Virus genome (UHGV): UHGV-0134778 | Origin: a virus | DNA: 64,000 bases | Direction: 5' to 3' (one strand) | In this document: piece by piece, positions 1 to 9,332 of the stretch | How the letters are laid out: each line of letters begins with the position of its first letter | Position numbering within the stretch: position 1 is the stretch's first letter | Translations under genes and position numbers: made by a program | Notes under the pieces: generated by a model | The model's input: the letters and a program-made list of their open reading frames with translations, nothing else | What the model was told of the DNA's origin: nothing | Databases searched by the model: none

Positions 1-135
1 GATGTTCTTGAGCTGGCTGATATCATCATTGATGGCAAGTATGTAAAAGATTTACCAACAAAGAAACCATTCCGAGGCAGCGATAACCAAAGAATGTTTA
101 AAAAGGTAGCAGGCGGTTGGGTTCAGGTTGACTAG
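1..135 (+). CDS. nrdG: 3' end of an anaerobic ribonucleotide reductase activating protein (NrdG-like); 5' part lies outside the window
   Basis: Frame 1 is open from base 1 to TAG at 133-135. Translation ...LADIIIDGKYVKDLPTKKPFRGSDNQRMFKK matches the recalled NrdG C-terminal motif VDGKFxxDL...RGSxNQ. Confidence 0.5.
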   Translation, partial: DVLELADIIIDGKYVKDLPTKKPFRGSDNQRMFKKVAGGWVQVD

Positions 136-138
136 TCG

Positions 139-168
139 TTGACAAAGCTTTGGTAAGTTGGTTATAAT
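139..168 (+). promoter_or_regulatory. sigma70-type promoter
   Basis: TTGACA (139-144), 17-nt spacer, TTATAAT (162-168). Confidence 0.6.
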
Positions 169-197
169 TATCGTAATGAAAGCAGAGGAGGTGCCAA

Positions 198-311
198 ATG
201 GCTAAAAAAGCCTTGAAGAAGGCGTACAAGAAAGAGATTGCGCTTGAGCTTAAGAAAAAACACAAGCGTGAAAAGAAATGTCATGAAGATGAAGAGGGGG
301 TGCAACAGTGA
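198..311 (+). CDS. small lysine-rich protein (37 aa)
   Basis: ATG 198 lies 6 nt after GAGGAGG and downstream of the promoter at 139-168. Stop TGA overlaps the GTG start of the next gene (GTGA). Below the ORF-track size cutoff. Confidence 0.35.
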   Translation: MAKKALKKAYKKEIALELKKKHKREKKCHEDEEGVQQ

Positions 312-658
312 CACAAGAGCGTATTGATTTAGCCAGTAAGTTTGTAGATCTCATTTTGCCACGGTTGGTTACTCAACATGCAGACGCTATTTCTACCAAT
401 CTTGATGGCTTACGCCTAATGCTGAACCGAACAGATGATCCACGTATTCGGGCCGATTTAGAGGCCTCTGCCAACAAACTGGAAAAGTTCTTGCAAGTAG
501 ATACGCAAGAAGCCTTGCACAAGATTATGGTGGAAGGTTTCTCTAAAGAATTCACCGTTAAAGAGCTTAAGGAGCTGATCCGCCAAGAAGAGATGAATAT
601 CCGAGTTCAGGCTGTTGCAAGCAGCATGGAAGCGGCTATTGAAAAACTGTTGCAGTAG
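308..658 (+). CDS. hypothetical protein
   Basis: 116-aa ORF in the co-directional array; no recognisable motif. Confidence 0.5.
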   Translation: MTQERIDLASKFVDLILPRLVTQHADAISTNLDGLRLMLNRTDDPRIRADLEASANKLEKFLQVDTQEALHKIMVEGFSKEFTVKELKELIRQEEMNIRVQAVASSMEAAIEKLLQ

Positions 659-696
659 AAGTTCTTGACACATCTCAATCTGAAAGGAGTCCCAAC

Positions 697-1485
697 ATGG
701 GTCGAGCTAAAGAAACAAAACGCATGCGTGATGAAGCCAAAGAGGCTCGCAAATCTGATCGTCTGCGTAAGGCTGCTGAGAAATTTGCTGACGAACGAGA
801 GCACACAGCTCCAGCTCTCAGACCAATGAACAAAAAGCAGCAAAAGTATCTTGATTATCTAGGATCGCGTAAGATTATTATTGTAAACGGTGTGTTTGGA
901 TCCGGTAAGACATTCATGGCATCCGCATATGCAGGTGATCTTTTGCGTAAGAACGAGATTGATAAGATCATTGTTGCACGCCCTTACGTTCAGACAGGAA
1001 AGACTTCAGGGTTTAAACCTGGAAACGCAATGCAGAAACTGTGGCCCTATCTCCGAAGCATGATGGACACGATTTGTCGTCGTGTTGGCAAAGGTGCTTT
1101 TGCCGCAATGCTGGGAGATGGTCAGAACAGTCGTATCGAGATCTGTGAAGTTGAAAGCATTCGTGGTCGTAGTTTCGATGAGCGGTGCTTTGTCCTAATT
1201 GACGAGGCACAGCAAACTAACCCTGAAGAAATGTTATCAATTATCACAAGGATCTCTGATCAGGCCACACTTGTAATCATGGGTGATAATAGCCAACGTG
1301 ACATCCCTGGTAAGTCTGGGCTTGCATGGGTAACGGATTTCTTTACTCGTCATCCAGATCCTGAGGTTGGGATGATTAGCTTTGATAGTCCAGACGATGT
1401 CGTTCGTTCTGGGTTGGGTCGTCAGATCGCACTCAATCTTATTGAGGATCGTGCAAATCATATTTGGACCCCTGTTTCCGAGTAA
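697..1485 (+). CDS. phoH: PhoH-like ATPase
   Basis: Walker A GVFGSGKTF, Walker B-like FVLIDEAQQ and overall PhoH pattern. RBS AAAGGAG upstream; intrinsic terminator follows at 1493-1517. Confidence 0.85.
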   Translation: MGRAKETKRMRDEAKEARKSDRLRKAAEKFADEREHTAPALRPMNKKQQKYLDYLGSRKIIIVNGVFGSGKTFMASAYAGDLLRKNEIDKIIVARPYVQTGKTSGFKPGNAMQKLWPYLRSMMDTICRRVGKGAFAAMLGDGQNSRIEICEVESIRGRSFDERCFVLIDEAQQTNPEEMLSIITRISDQATLVIMGDNSQRDIPGKSGLAWVTDFFTRHPDPEVGMISFDSPDDVVRSGLGRQIALNLIEDRANHIWTPVSE

Positions 1486-1492
1486 TACAGAA

Positions 1493-1517
1493 GGGTGGTT
1501 ATTCCACCCTTAAATAT
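1493..1517 (+). terminator. intrinsic terminator after phoH
   Basis: GGGTGG-TTATTC-CACCC followed by TTAAATATCT. Confidence 0.5.
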
Positions 1518-1529
1518 CTAAAACAGTTG

Positions 1530-1558
1530 TTGACAAATAGGTAAGCTTTAGATATTAT
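1530..1558 (+). promoter_or_regulatory. sigma70-type promoter
   Basis: TTGACA (1530-1535), 17-nt spacer, TATTAT (1553-1558); shares GGTAAG/AGCTTT spacer words with the promoter at 139. Confidence 0.6.
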
Positions 1559-1586
1559 TATCGGACAAAACAGAGAGAAGGACAGT

Positions 1587-1898
1587 ATGGCTACAATACA
1601 AGAGAAACTGAATAAAATATACTGCCTGTTTGTCTATAACGGCGAGACAATTTTGGCAAATAAGGGATCCAAGAATGTGTGGACCAAGGACAGCGGTGGT
1701 AATATAATTAACTTAGCGTTGCTACGTGAGCGCCGACACAGATTCTTTATCGAGTCTCGAATTATTGAAAGCAGCACTTGCTACAGAACAGGCGATAAAG
1801 TAATTGTTGACAATGATACGTGGTATGTGGTAGACTGGCAATCATTGAGCTGTGATGCTTCTGACAATCGTAAGTATTCCATAGTGATTGCTAAATAA
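1587..1898 (+). CDS. hypothetical protein
   Basis: 103-aa ORF preceded by promoter 1530-1558 and RBS GAGAAGGA. Confidence 0.5.
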   Translation: MATIQEKLNKIYCLFVYNGETILANKGSKNVWTKDSGGNIINLALLRERRHRFFIESRIIESSTCYRTGDKVIVDNDTWYVVDWQSLSCDASDNRKYSIVIAK

Positions 1899-1958
1899 AG
1901 GTAAATGTGAATCAGGTTTAAATAAATAGCTTTCAACTTCCAATATTAAGGATTTCTC

Positions 1959-3008
1959 ATGAATTTAACACCTCGCAGAACCATGGTACACGGCATGAAA
2001 GAAAAACAGAACGGTTTCGAACCTATGAGTAATAAAATGTTTGGTATGCCGGGCGGTATCATGGAAACATACAGCTACCCAACACCTGTTGTTGACCACG
2101 TTCTTTATATCGACGATTTGGAAGACTTACAAGACCATATGTCTCGTCTGCAGACGATCCGTATGGCTCAGCCGGAAGAAAGCATTCGGGTGATCATCAA
2201 TAGCCCTGGGGGTTGCGTGCACATTGCAATGGCTTATCTGCAGGCATTCCGAGAGTCTCAGGCAAGCGTTGTCGTACACGCTGAAGGGATGTGCTGCTCA
2301 GCAGGAACAATCTTATGGCTGGGTTGCAAAGAACGCACTGTGGCTCCGGACACAGAATTTATGTTCCACTACTATCAAGGTGGCACTTATGGTAACGGTG
2401 TGAACATGAATACTCAGGTCAGCTACTGGAAAAAACGTTTTGAACGCCTGATTGAAAAATACTACGGTGGGGTGCTGACAGAAGATGAGATCGCATCCAT
2501 CACAGCTGGCGGTGAAGTGTGGTTGGATGGAGAAGAGCTGGCATCTAGAACTGGTGCTATCATCTTGGACGATGAAAACATTCAGCGCATTCAGAATGGA
2601 CAGAAACCGAAAAAGCTTTTGGCAAAAAGAGATGAAGAAGGTGTGTTAGGTGAGGCAGGCCTTCCAGAGATTCACCAATGCACATCTTTGGACGAGCTGG
2701 TTCATGCTGTTGAGTCTGCAAAAGAAAATGGTATGAAAGGTGATGTTCACACTGTGTTCCTGAATCTACAGATGGAGAGTGGTGAGACCGTTAAGATTGC
2801 ACTAGGTGAGATTACCTCGGAAGATCTGCAGCGATTCTCTGTGGTAGAGCTTCAGGACATTTTGTCCCAATTGAAAACTACCCTGAACGGAGGTGAAGAA
2901 GTTCAGGTGAAAGATAAGACTCGCAAGCGTCTGGTGGACAATATTATTAAAACAGCAAAAGAGCTTAATGAAAAAATCCTGGGCGCAGGAATTGTCGAAG
3001 AAGCTTAA
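1959..3008 (+). CDS. ClpP-like (S14 family) serine peptidase with C-terminal extension
   Basis: INSPGG...GMCCSAGT...MFHYY aligns with the ClpP motifs INSPGG / GxAASMG / MIHQP (Ser and His in place). RBS AAGGA; terminator at 3022-3046. Confidence 0.7.
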   Translation: MNLTPRRTMVHGMKEKQNGFEPMSNKMFGMPGGIMETYSYPTPVVDHVLYIDDLEDLQDHMSRLQTIRMAQPEESIRVIINSPGGCVHIAMAYLQAFRESQASVVVHAEGMCCSAGTILWLGCKERTVAPDTEFMFHYYQGGTYGNGVNMNTQVSYWKKRFERLIEKYYGGVLTEDEIASITAGGEVWLDGEELASRTGAIILDDENIQRIQNGQKPKKLLAKRDEEGVLGEAGLPEIHQCTSLDELVHAVESAKENGMKGDVHTVFLNLQMESGETVKIALGEITSEDLQRFSVVELQDILSQLKTTLNGGEEVQVKDKTRKRLVDNIIKTAKELNEKILGAGIVEEA

Positions 3009-3021
3009 ACATTAATTCTAA

Positions 3022-3046
3022 AGCCCTCTTCGGAGGGCTTTTATGA
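3022..3046 (+). terminator. intrinsic terminator after the ClpP-like gene
   Basis: AGCCCTC-TTCG-GAGGGCT followed by TTTTAT. Confidence 0.7.
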
Positions 3047-3059
3047 TCTGGAGATTTGC

Positions 3060-3593
3060 ATGACTTGTGCTAGAAAACCTGACGAACAACGTAACGCCTA
3101 TGATGAATATGTGACACCAGAGTGGTGTGCAGAAGGGTTGTATGACCTCATTCCGTTCCCAGAAGATTGGACCTATTTGGAGCCTTGCAGGAATAGCGCC
3201 TCAGGTGTGTTCTACTCCCGTATGCCGTTAGGATCTGCATGGGGAGAAATCCAAGAAGGTGTTGACTATCTGAATACAGAATACAACCATGTTGACTGTA
3301 TTATCACCAACCCGCCGTACAGCCTGGCTCGTGAGTTTGTGGACAAGGCGTTGAAAGATGCCGACGTAGTTATTATGCTTTTGCGTCTTAATTTTCTGGA
3401 AAGCAAGGCCAGATTTGAATGGTGGCTTGATAATGCCCCTACCACTGTGATCACAATATCTAAGCGTCCATCATTCCAATCGAATGGCAGAACTGACGGG
3501 CAAGCATATGCATATTTTGTGTGGGACAAGAAGAACCGTTTAGACCTACCGCCATTTATGTGGTTGGCACCTCCGGAGGCAGACTTGAAATGA
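3060..3593 (+). CDS. phage Dam-family N6-adenine DNA methyltransferase
   Basis: DEYVTPEW near the N-terminus, EPCRNSA and catalytic ITNPPYS are typical of the small phage Dam-type (NPPY) methyltransferases. Confidence 0.6.
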   Translation: MTCARKPDEQRNAYDEYVTPEWCAEGLYDLIPFPEDWTYLEPCRNSASGVFYSRMPLGSAWGEIQEGVDYLNTEYNHVDCIITNPPYSLAREFVDKALKDADVVIMLLRLNFLESKARFEWWLDNAPTTVITISKRPSFQSNGRTDGQAYAYFVWDKKNRLDLPPFMWLAPPEADLK

Positions 3594-3874
3594 AAATGAG
3601 TGCTAAGGACAAGTTGCACCAGTTAGCGCTAAAACGTCCTGTAACTCTCCCTGACGAGCTTAACTCCATTTATGATGCGATTGTAGGGGAGATACAAAAT
3701 AAGGCGTTAGCAGGCTTTCTGGGATGCGGATTTTCGATAAATCTTCCATCACACCTCTCAGACTACTTACCACACATCGTTGGGGATTTGAGGGCAGGAG
3801 GTCTGCAGGTGGATGTTGTTGGCATCTCCCCGGAGAAAAATAACACAGTTGCCTACTTGACAGTGACCTGGTAG
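3590..3874 (+). CDS. hypothetical protein
   Basis: In-frame ATG at 3590 overlaps the upstream stop (ATGA coupling). The track ORF begins at 3521 but that part overlaps the methyltransferase gene. Confidence 0.45.
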   Translation: MKMSAKDKLHQLALKRPVTLPDELNSIYDAIVGEIQNKALAGFLGCGFSINLPSHLSDYLPHIVGDLRAGGLQVDVVGISPEKNNTVAYLTVTW

Positions 3875-3909
3875 TAGTGTATTTTGTTTTCAACAAGAGG
3901 GGGTCATCT

Positions 3910-4149
3910 ATGTATAAGTCATTTTCAATCTACTCAAGACAGACAAAACACTACACAGAGATTCTGATCACTCAGAAAAAATCTGTGGAAGGTGAGTGGG
4001 AATATCATCATAAAATGTTGCGTCCAGACTGGGTTTTTGACAGGCTTATTGCTATGATCCCTCTTGGAGAAGTATACCCTCTGACAGGTCATAGGGATGC
4101 TTGGGATTTAATTGACTATATAGATTCATTTAAGGAGCCTAGATTATGA
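3910..4149 (+). CDS. hypothetical protein
   Basis: ATG 3910 preceded by AGAGGGGG RBS; the longer track ORF starts at 3877. Confidence 0.4.
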   Translation: MYKSFSIYSRQTKHYTEILITQKKSVEGEWEYHHKMLRPDWVFDRLIAMIPLGEVYPLTGHRDAWDLIDYIDSFKEPRL

Positions 4150-4544
4150 AGATTGAGATTACTGAAGAAGGTAAGAAAGTCTCTGGTAACTATGCAACAG
4201 TTATCCGTGATGTAATGTTCGAAGTCACTAAGATTGGCACATCCAAGGTTGGTCAAACGGTGAGTGTGCAAGGTAATATCACCTCAGGAGAGAAGATATT
4301 CATCGTAATAAAAGGCCAGGACCCTGTAGAAGGGACAGTTGGACGTGGCGGATACCTGTGTATCTCTGAAGAGCCTCGCATGCTAGTTGCTGATAACTCT
4401 ACAGGTAAAAAGCGGGTATGTAACACGGACGAGGTGATGATTATCTATCCAGTCAACCCGGATGATCCGGCAACATGGATTGTGGGAAATGAAATCTTCT
4501 CTTTAGAAGAGTTATCCTTCCCAGCTCCGCGATCTGTTCAGTAA
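4146..4544 (+). CDS. hypothetical protein
   Basis: 132-aa ORF; start overlaps the upstream stop (ATGA); RBS AAGGAG. Confidence 0.5.
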   Translation: MKIEITEEGKKVSGNYATVIRDVMFEVTKIGTSKVGQTVSVQGNITSGEKIFIVIKGQDPVEGTVGRGGYLCISEEPRMLVADNSTGKKRVCNTDEVMIIYPVNPDDPATWIVGNEIFSLEELSFPAPRSVQ

Positions 4545-4583
4545 TAATTTATCTTACCAGGGACGGTAAAAGTAGGAGGTAGC

Positions 4584-4817
4584 ATGAAAGTTAAATTTCT
4601 TACAGATTTAGGGTACCCTTCCTTGGTTGACTGTGTTGGTAAAATTGTGGAAGCAAAACGGCTATCTGCAAACGATAATGTTGTCATGGTTAAGGGAAAA
4701 GATTTACTAGCTGCAGGTGCAGAGTCTGGCAGGATCTCTCCTGACTATACGTATTACCTGTCTTTAAGTAATCTACCAGAACGAGGCGGCAAAGGCCTTG
4801 AAGTTGTGGAGGAGTGA
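4584..4817 (+). CDS. small acidic protein, EVVEE-tail paralogue family
   Basis: MKVKFL... and C-terminal ...LEVVEE; shares the KG.DL.AAGA core with 8142 and 8359. RBS GGAGG. Confidence 0.5.
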   Translation: MKVKFLTDLGYPSLVDCVGKIVEAKRLSANDNVVMVKGKDLLAAGAESGRISPDYTYYLSLSNLPERGGKGLEVVEE

Positions 4818-4822
4818 CAGGT

Positions 4823-5359
4823 ATGCTTCTGATTAACTGGGAAGACCTCTATGGGGACAAAGACCCTGTTGCGTTTGTTGATCGTAGGTGGAGGTACACT
4901 GAAGAACAACTGGCTGCAAAAAATTTAACTGCAAAACGCAGAAAGATCATCCAGTGCAAGTACAAATACGCACAGTTTGCTGCAAAAGTGTCTCCACAAA
5001 TCGAGAGTTTTGTACTTAAATTGTATGACGAGTACCTCAAATTCAAATTGGATTTTGTACAGGTATACCGTGCACAGGTACGTCCAGATACCAACATCTG
5101 TAGATGGAAGGTTGTTTGTGATGGTAAAGATTTGCCGCTCAGTTTGACAATTGAGTGGCGTTGGGGGTATCATGAGTGCGGTTTGTATGATATTTGGGAT
5201 GTCATTGTAGATCCTGCTAAGTACCTGAACACAGAGGAGCTGGAATATATCAATAAGGTTATTCTAGATATGTTTTTCAGCTACACCCATGAAAACTCTG
5301 AGAAAGAACGGGATAATTTTCTTGACACCCTCGGCAACCACCTGCAGTGTACAATTTAA
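4823..5359 (+). CDS. hypothetical protein
   Basis: ATG 4823 after GGAGGAG; the track alternative is GTG 4814. Confidence 0.5.
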   Translation: MLLINWEDLYGDKDPVAFVDRRWRYTEEQLAAKNLTAKRRKIIQCKYKYAQFAAKVSPQIESFVLKLYDEYLKFKLDFVQVYRAQVRPDTNICRWKVVCDGKDLPLSLTIEWRWGYHECGLYDIWDVIVDPAKYLNTEELEYINKVILDMFFSYTHENSEKERDNFLDTLGNHLQCTI

Positions 5360-5377
5360 CCTACAAAGGAGGAGCCA

Positions 5378-5581
5378 ATGAGTATAGATGCTGTGCTGAT
5401 AGGTTACCTGGTAGTAGCTGTTATAACAGCAGTAATCTTGGCAGGTATATGCATCGTGTCTACCCGAAGGGTGAAGTTTGATGATTTTATCACCATCATC
5501 ACTGCTGCGCCCTTTTGGCCTGTTGTTATCTTCATCGTAATAATGTGCCTAGTTGATTACCACAAGAATATCCGTAAGTAG
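5378..5581 (+). CDS. small membrane protein
   Basis: 67 aa with two hydrophobic stretches (LVVAVITAVILAGICIV and WPVVIFIVIMCLV); RBS AAGGAGGAG. Confidence 0.5.
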   Translation: MSIDAVLIGYLVVAVITAVILAGICIVSTRRVKFDDFITIITAAPFWPVVIFIVIMCLVDYHKNIRK

Positions 5582-5597
5582 AAAAAGGAGAGTAGGG

Positions 5598-5750
5598 ATG
5601 GATACCGCACCTAAAACTGTTTATACTGTTCTTAAAGAGATTGCATTCTACGCAGATCTTAGCCGGGCACCTTTATGGGAAAAGAATATGTATTTAAAAT
5701 GGTGCGTGAAATTAGGGGGGCCTTCTAATGTTTCAAGCCATGTTTATTGA
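5598..5750 (+). CDS. hypothetical protein (50 aa)
   Basis: ATG 5598 after AAGGAGAG; the track ORF from 5553 would overlap the previous gene. Confidence 0.35.
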   Translation: MDTAPKTVYTVLKEIAFYADLSRAPLWEKNMYLKWCVKLGGPSNVSSHVY

Positions 5751-5833
5751 AATGCTCTCTGGGGTATTACTGCTGGTAGCCATTTTAGGTGGCGCGGCGC
5801 TGATGTATAATTATCTTGAAAAAGGGGACAGTA

Positions 5834-6019
5834 ATGACAAAAAATAAATCCTTAGAACAGGCTGAAAACCTTCTCCACGAGCTGGTAAAGGAGTGGAAAG
5901 TTGAATACTCAGATTTTAATGCAAGAGAGGGGGAAGATTATTGGCCTACGGAGCGCTCAGAGGGAGAGTGGTATCAAGATTTCATAGAATGGCTATATCA
6001 GACGTGCGATGAGGGGTGA
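5834..6019 (+). CDS. hypothetical protein
   Basis: ATG 5834 after AAGGGGAC; acidic, Trp-rich small protein. Confidence 0.45.
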   Translation: MTKNKSLEQAENLLHELVKEWKVEYSDFNAREGEDYWPTERSEGEWYQDFIEWLYQTCDEG

Positions 6020-6477
6020 CGATGTTTGTTAAATATGTAAAAACGTGCCTCAACAACCTTGGTAGAGAGCATTGGTACACACTGCTTGAAAAAGGAGAAA
6101 TTTTAACAAAATCTGGAAAGATAACTTTGATACCTTTGGACGATAAAGACCCGTCACTACTTGTCATAGATGATTACGTTACAGGTGTGTCGTACGAGGT
6201 ATCTGTGGAGAGGTTAATACGCAGATCTGGAGGTCCTTATGACCGAAGAGAGTATGTTTTCGATTCCGTTACAGAGAAGGAAGATCCGTCTCTAATGTTT
6301 AGGATGGTAATCAGGGATATGAAATCATCTATAAATAGGATCGTAAAGGACATTAAGGAGCCTTTTAGGGTAAAAGTTAAGAAGTTTTTTGATTCTAAGA
6401 TCAACATACTTGCAGTTGTGCTAGGCGTAATTCAACTTCTGTTAATTTTGCACTATTTTGAACTGTTGTTTAAGTAA
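6016..6477 (+). CDS. hypothetical protein with C-terminal hydrophobic segment
   Basis: 153 aa; start overlaps upstream stop; C-terminal ILAVVLGVIQLLLILHYF is hydrophobic. Confidence 0.5.
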   Translation: MTMFVKYVKTCLNNLGREHWYTLLEKGEILTKSGKITLIPLDDKDPSLLVIDDYVTGVSYEVSVERLIRRSGGPYDRREYVFDSVTEKEDPSLMFRMVIRDMKSSINRIVKDIKEPFRVKVKKFFDSKINILAVVLGVIQLLLILHYFELLFK

Positions 6478-6537
6478 TGTGCATTATGGCACAAAGGATG
6501 TGCCATAACTAAATAAACTAAGAAAGAGGTAGAGAGA

Positions 6538-6885
6538 ATGTCAAAGATTAAATCGATATTAATGTGGGTGGCTGTTGTAGCTTTTGTAGGATACTGGACT
6601 TGGGAAACTGAATTAAAAGATATTGGGTATACCAGTCTTGAGAGTAAGGCGTGCATTGGCATAACCGATGCATTCAGGCAGAATGCTATGGATCACGAAT
6701 GTGTCGATGCAGATATAGATGAGAAACTGTCTAAGGACAAAGATTTTTACCATGGTCATGCCTTGCTTGATAGTGGTGATACTGTAGAATTCTGGTCGTG
6801 GTTCCGTGAAGATGGGACAATAAAGACAGCAGTAAAGATTTCCAACAAAGAGTTGATGCTGTTGCAGCAGAAGGAGGTGCAATGA
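6538..6885 (+). CDS. hypothetical secreted or membrane-anchored protein
   Basis: N-terminal signal/anchor-like LMWVAVVAFVGYWTW; RBS AAGAGG. Confidence 0.5.
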   Translation: MSKIKSILMWVAVVAFVGYWTWETELKDIGYTSLESKACIGITDAFRQNAMDHECVDADIDEKLSKDKDFYHGHALLDSGDTVEFWSWFREDGTIKTAVKISNKELMLLQQKEVQ

Positions 6886-7151
6886 TCTGGATATCCTACG
6901 CTGATGGCACCATGCTGTATACTGCAGGTACTAGATATGAAGTTAAGGAGGACGATAAAAAATTTATCGTAAAAACATTTGACAAGGACGACAACCTTTT
7001 GCTAGAATTGACTTACAAGGTTGGGGATGTATCTAGCATCCAATTGGATTGCGGTCATAAAGATAACCCGCTCAAGAAACCTGGGGTAGGTAAAGCTTCA
7101 GAAGAACGCCTGTCTCGTATTGCAGAAAGCGTTTCTGCACAAAAAATCTAA
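6882..7151 (+). CDS. hypothetical protein
   Basis: 89 aa; ATGA overlap with the upstream gene. Confidence 0.5.
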   Translation: MIWISYADGTMLYTAGTRYEVKEDDKKFIVKTFDKDDNLLLELTYKVGDVSSIQLDCGHKDNPLKKPGVGKASEERLSRIAESVSAQKI

Positions 7152-7166
7152 AAAGGGGACTAGAAA

Positions 7167-7361
7167 ATGAAAAACTTACATTTTAACACTTATTACTACA
7201 ACACTTTGAATGATTTGTATTATATTGTTCGAAGTAAAAATCCTGAAACAGTCCTATTCTGCCGCGAACCTTTCAAAGGAGAGGAAGTGGAGTCTGAGAT
7301 GAATGTTAGCCAGATTACCTCTTTGTTGCTCTCAGGTGCAATGGAAGAAGCAATATTCTAA
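7167..7361 (+). CDS. hypothetical protein
   Basis: 64 aa; RBS AAGGGGA. Confidence 0.45.
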   Translation: MKNLHFNTYYYNTLNDLYYIVRSKNPETVLFCREPFKGEEVESEMNVSQITSLLLSGAMEEAIF

Positions 7362-7379
7362 ACCAGGCGGGAGGGTTTT

Positions 7380-7568
7380 ATGAAGCACTATTGTCTGTCT
7401 GGTAGGATGGGGGTGGATTGTGATTGGGTTTTCTTAAAACTTGTCAGCGTTCGAGAGTCCATCCCAGAGGAAGAGCAAGAAAGCGAGCTGATGTCATGGA
7501 TCAACCATTACGGTAACACTTTTCGGCATGTTAAGGTAGAAGAGTTGCCAAGCGAGGCTGAATTATGA
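7380..7568 (+). CDS. hypothetical protein
   Basis: 62 aa; RBS GGGAGGG. Confidence 0.4.
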   Translation: MKHYCLSGRMGVDCDWVFLKLVSVRESIPEEEQESELMSWINHYGNTFRHVKVEELPSEAEL

Positions 7569-7861
7569 AACTTTTTGAGTGGTTTAAAAAGTTTAAATAT
7601 AAAGCTGTAGCCATCGTGCCGTGGTCCATTCAGTGGGTTGATGAAGGTGGTCTACCGATACCTGGTGACAAAGATACTGGGTACTGGATTATGATGGAGA
7701 ACGGGTTTGGAAAGCGAAAGTATACGTGCACAAACTCTACTCGATCTGCACTTAATAGAGTGCCTGGTTACAAACTTATGGTTGTGTGGAAAATGTCAGG
7801 CGTGCCTCCAGCCAATGCTCAATTTCTTACTGACAATCCGACCACGGTAGAGGGAGATTGA
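7565..7861 (+). CDS. hypothetical protein
   Basis: 98 aa; ATGA overlap. Confidence 0.5.
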   Translation: MKLFEWFKKFKYKAVAIVPWSIQWVDEGGLPIPGDKDTGYWIMMENGFGKRKYTCTNSTRSALNRVPGYKLMVVWKMSGVPPANAQFLTDNPTTVEGD

Positions 7862-8145
7862 TAATGAAAAAGATTAACAGTAGTGAAGTAGAGTTTAAAC
7901 TTGTCGGAAAAGGCACTTACTGGGAAGTTCGTCAAAAGGTATATTTGTTCGGTCTTATTCCCTACTGGTCTAAATTCTACTGGGGAGCTAACGAGTTGGG
8001 AAGATACGCCACCAAATCAATGGCACTTATTGGTATAGCAGAGTACATTGCAGCCCGAGACAGGGTTGGAACCACTTATTACTACACTGCTGACGATATT
8101 CGTAACAGTGTTTACGTCCCACAACCACCTGATGGAGACCGTTGA
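7858..8145 (+). CDS. hypothetical protein
   Basis: 95 aa; overlapping start/stop. Confidence 0.5.
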   Translation: MIMKKINSSEVEFKLVGKGTYWEVRQKVYLFGLIPYWSKFYWGANELGRYATKSMALIGIAEYIAARDRVGTTYYYTADDIRNSVYVPQPPDGDR

Positions 8146-8369
8146 TGAAAGTTAAAGTTTTAGATTCAAGCTTCTATATTGGTCAGGAGCCTTTAGTAGG
8201 AAAAGTGTTTACTGCTGTCCCTAACGAAGATTACCCTGACCTTTTAAAAATAAAAGGAGCAGATCTTATTGCCGCTGGTGCATCTCAGGAATGCTTTGAC
8301 AGTCAGTGGACCTATAACTTTGCCCTAGGTGAGGATGTAGAGGTAGTGGAGGACGATCATGAAGGTTAA
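8142..8369 (+). CDS. small acidic protein, EVVEE-tail paralogue family
   Basis: MMKVKVLD...KGADLIAAGA...VEVVED; paralogue of 4584 and 8359. Confidence 0.5.
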   Translation: MMKVKVLDSSFYIGQEPLVGKVFTAVPNEDYPDLLKIKGADLIAAGASQECFDSQWTYNFALGEDVEVVEDDHEG

Positions 8370-8613
8370 AATTCTTGATTCTAACGTCTACTTGGGACAA
8401 TCCTTCCTGAATGGAAAGGTCGTTCCTGCGGTATACTTTGAAGGGTTGCCGTGGGATGATCCTGTGCGGCAACATCACAGTTATGTAGGCCACAACGTGG
8501 TGTTTATCTTGGGATCAGACCTGATCACCGCTGGTGCACCTGAATATTATTTCGGGGAAGAGTCCTACTATGCCTTTGGGGTAGGGTCAGATGCAGATAT
8601 TGTAGAGCTGTGA
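8359..8613 (+). CDS. small acidic protein, EVVEE-tail paralogue family
   Basis: MKVKILD...GSDLITAGA...; tandem paralogue of 8142. Confidence 0.5.
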   Translation: MKVKILDSNVYLGQSFLNGKVVPAVYFEGLPWDDPVRQHHSYVGHNVVFILGSDLITAGAPEYYFGEESYYAFGVGSDADIVEL

Positions 8614-8625
8614 TGGGTAACCGTT

Positions 8626-9024
8626 GTGAAAAATAAACTGTTTAAAGTTACAATGAAAATTCGCGGAGCTTGGAGCGTAAAGCAAGGGCGCATCCCAGAG
8701 TTTGAGAAAGACTTCTACGTAGTCTCCACCTCTGAAGAGGCTGCATGCTGGCAGGCTGGATATGCCTATGCAAGAACCTGGTACGAAGGATACCAGACTG
8801 GAGGCTATGACGGAGAAATTGTCAGCAAGGGTGTGGAAGAAATTAATGTGTTGACAAGTGAAAAAGTTTTTGTTATAGTGCATCCTGATTCTAGAGTGAA
8901 GCATTACTGGAATGCCAGAACAAAAACCTGGACACCGTTTGCAGATTCTGCTACACCGCTTTTAAACCAGAAAGCTCTTGACTCTGCCCCAAGCTATGGG
9001 GTTGTTGAAGAAAAGATAAGCTGA
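8626..9024 (+). CDS. hypothetical protein, paralogue of 10833..11228
   Basis: HPDSRVKHYWNARTKTWTP matches HPHSNIAYYWDVLNNEWTP in 10833..11228; start is GTG. Confidence 0.5.
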   Translation: MKNKLFKVTMKIRGAWSVKQGRIPEFEKDFYVVSTSEEAACWQAGYAYARTWYEGYQTGGYDGEIVSKGVEEINVLTSEKVFVIVHPDSRVKHYWNARTKTWTPFADSATPLLNQKALDSAPSYGVVEEKIS

Positions 9025-9041
9025 AATAGTGGGGTACTTAC

Positions 9042-9332
9042 ATGATGGATTTAGTTTTGGACACTGATAACACCGAATCGTTTAAAAAAGATGGTGTAAT
9101 AAGCATGGACCAACCCTGCCATGCCAAGATTGACTCAAAATGGACCTACAAGTTTGACGGTGAGATCTTCGCAAATGATGAGAAGGTCGTGGATGCTGTA
9201 GCCATTTTAAACGCTTTAGGGTATGACCCTGTGAACTCATTGATCAAGGATCCTGTTGAGTTTGCAGAGTATGTTCGTAAAATGGCAGATCTTGCAGTAG
9301 ATATTTTAAAAACTATCGACGACAAGCTGTAA
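9042..9332 (+). CDS. hypothetical protein
   Basis: 96-aa ORF. Confidence 0.5.
   Translation: MMDLVLDTDNTESFKKDGVISMDQPCHAKIDSKWTYKFDGEIFANDEKVVDAVAILNALGYDPVNSLIKDPVEFAEYVRKMADLAVDILKTIDDKL

Noticed and set aside
8851-8879. Promoter-like TTGACA-N17-TATAGT inside the coding sequence of 8626..9024
   Set aside because: Good hexamers but fully intragenic, with no downstream gene needing a separate promoter; could be chance or a minor internal promoter.
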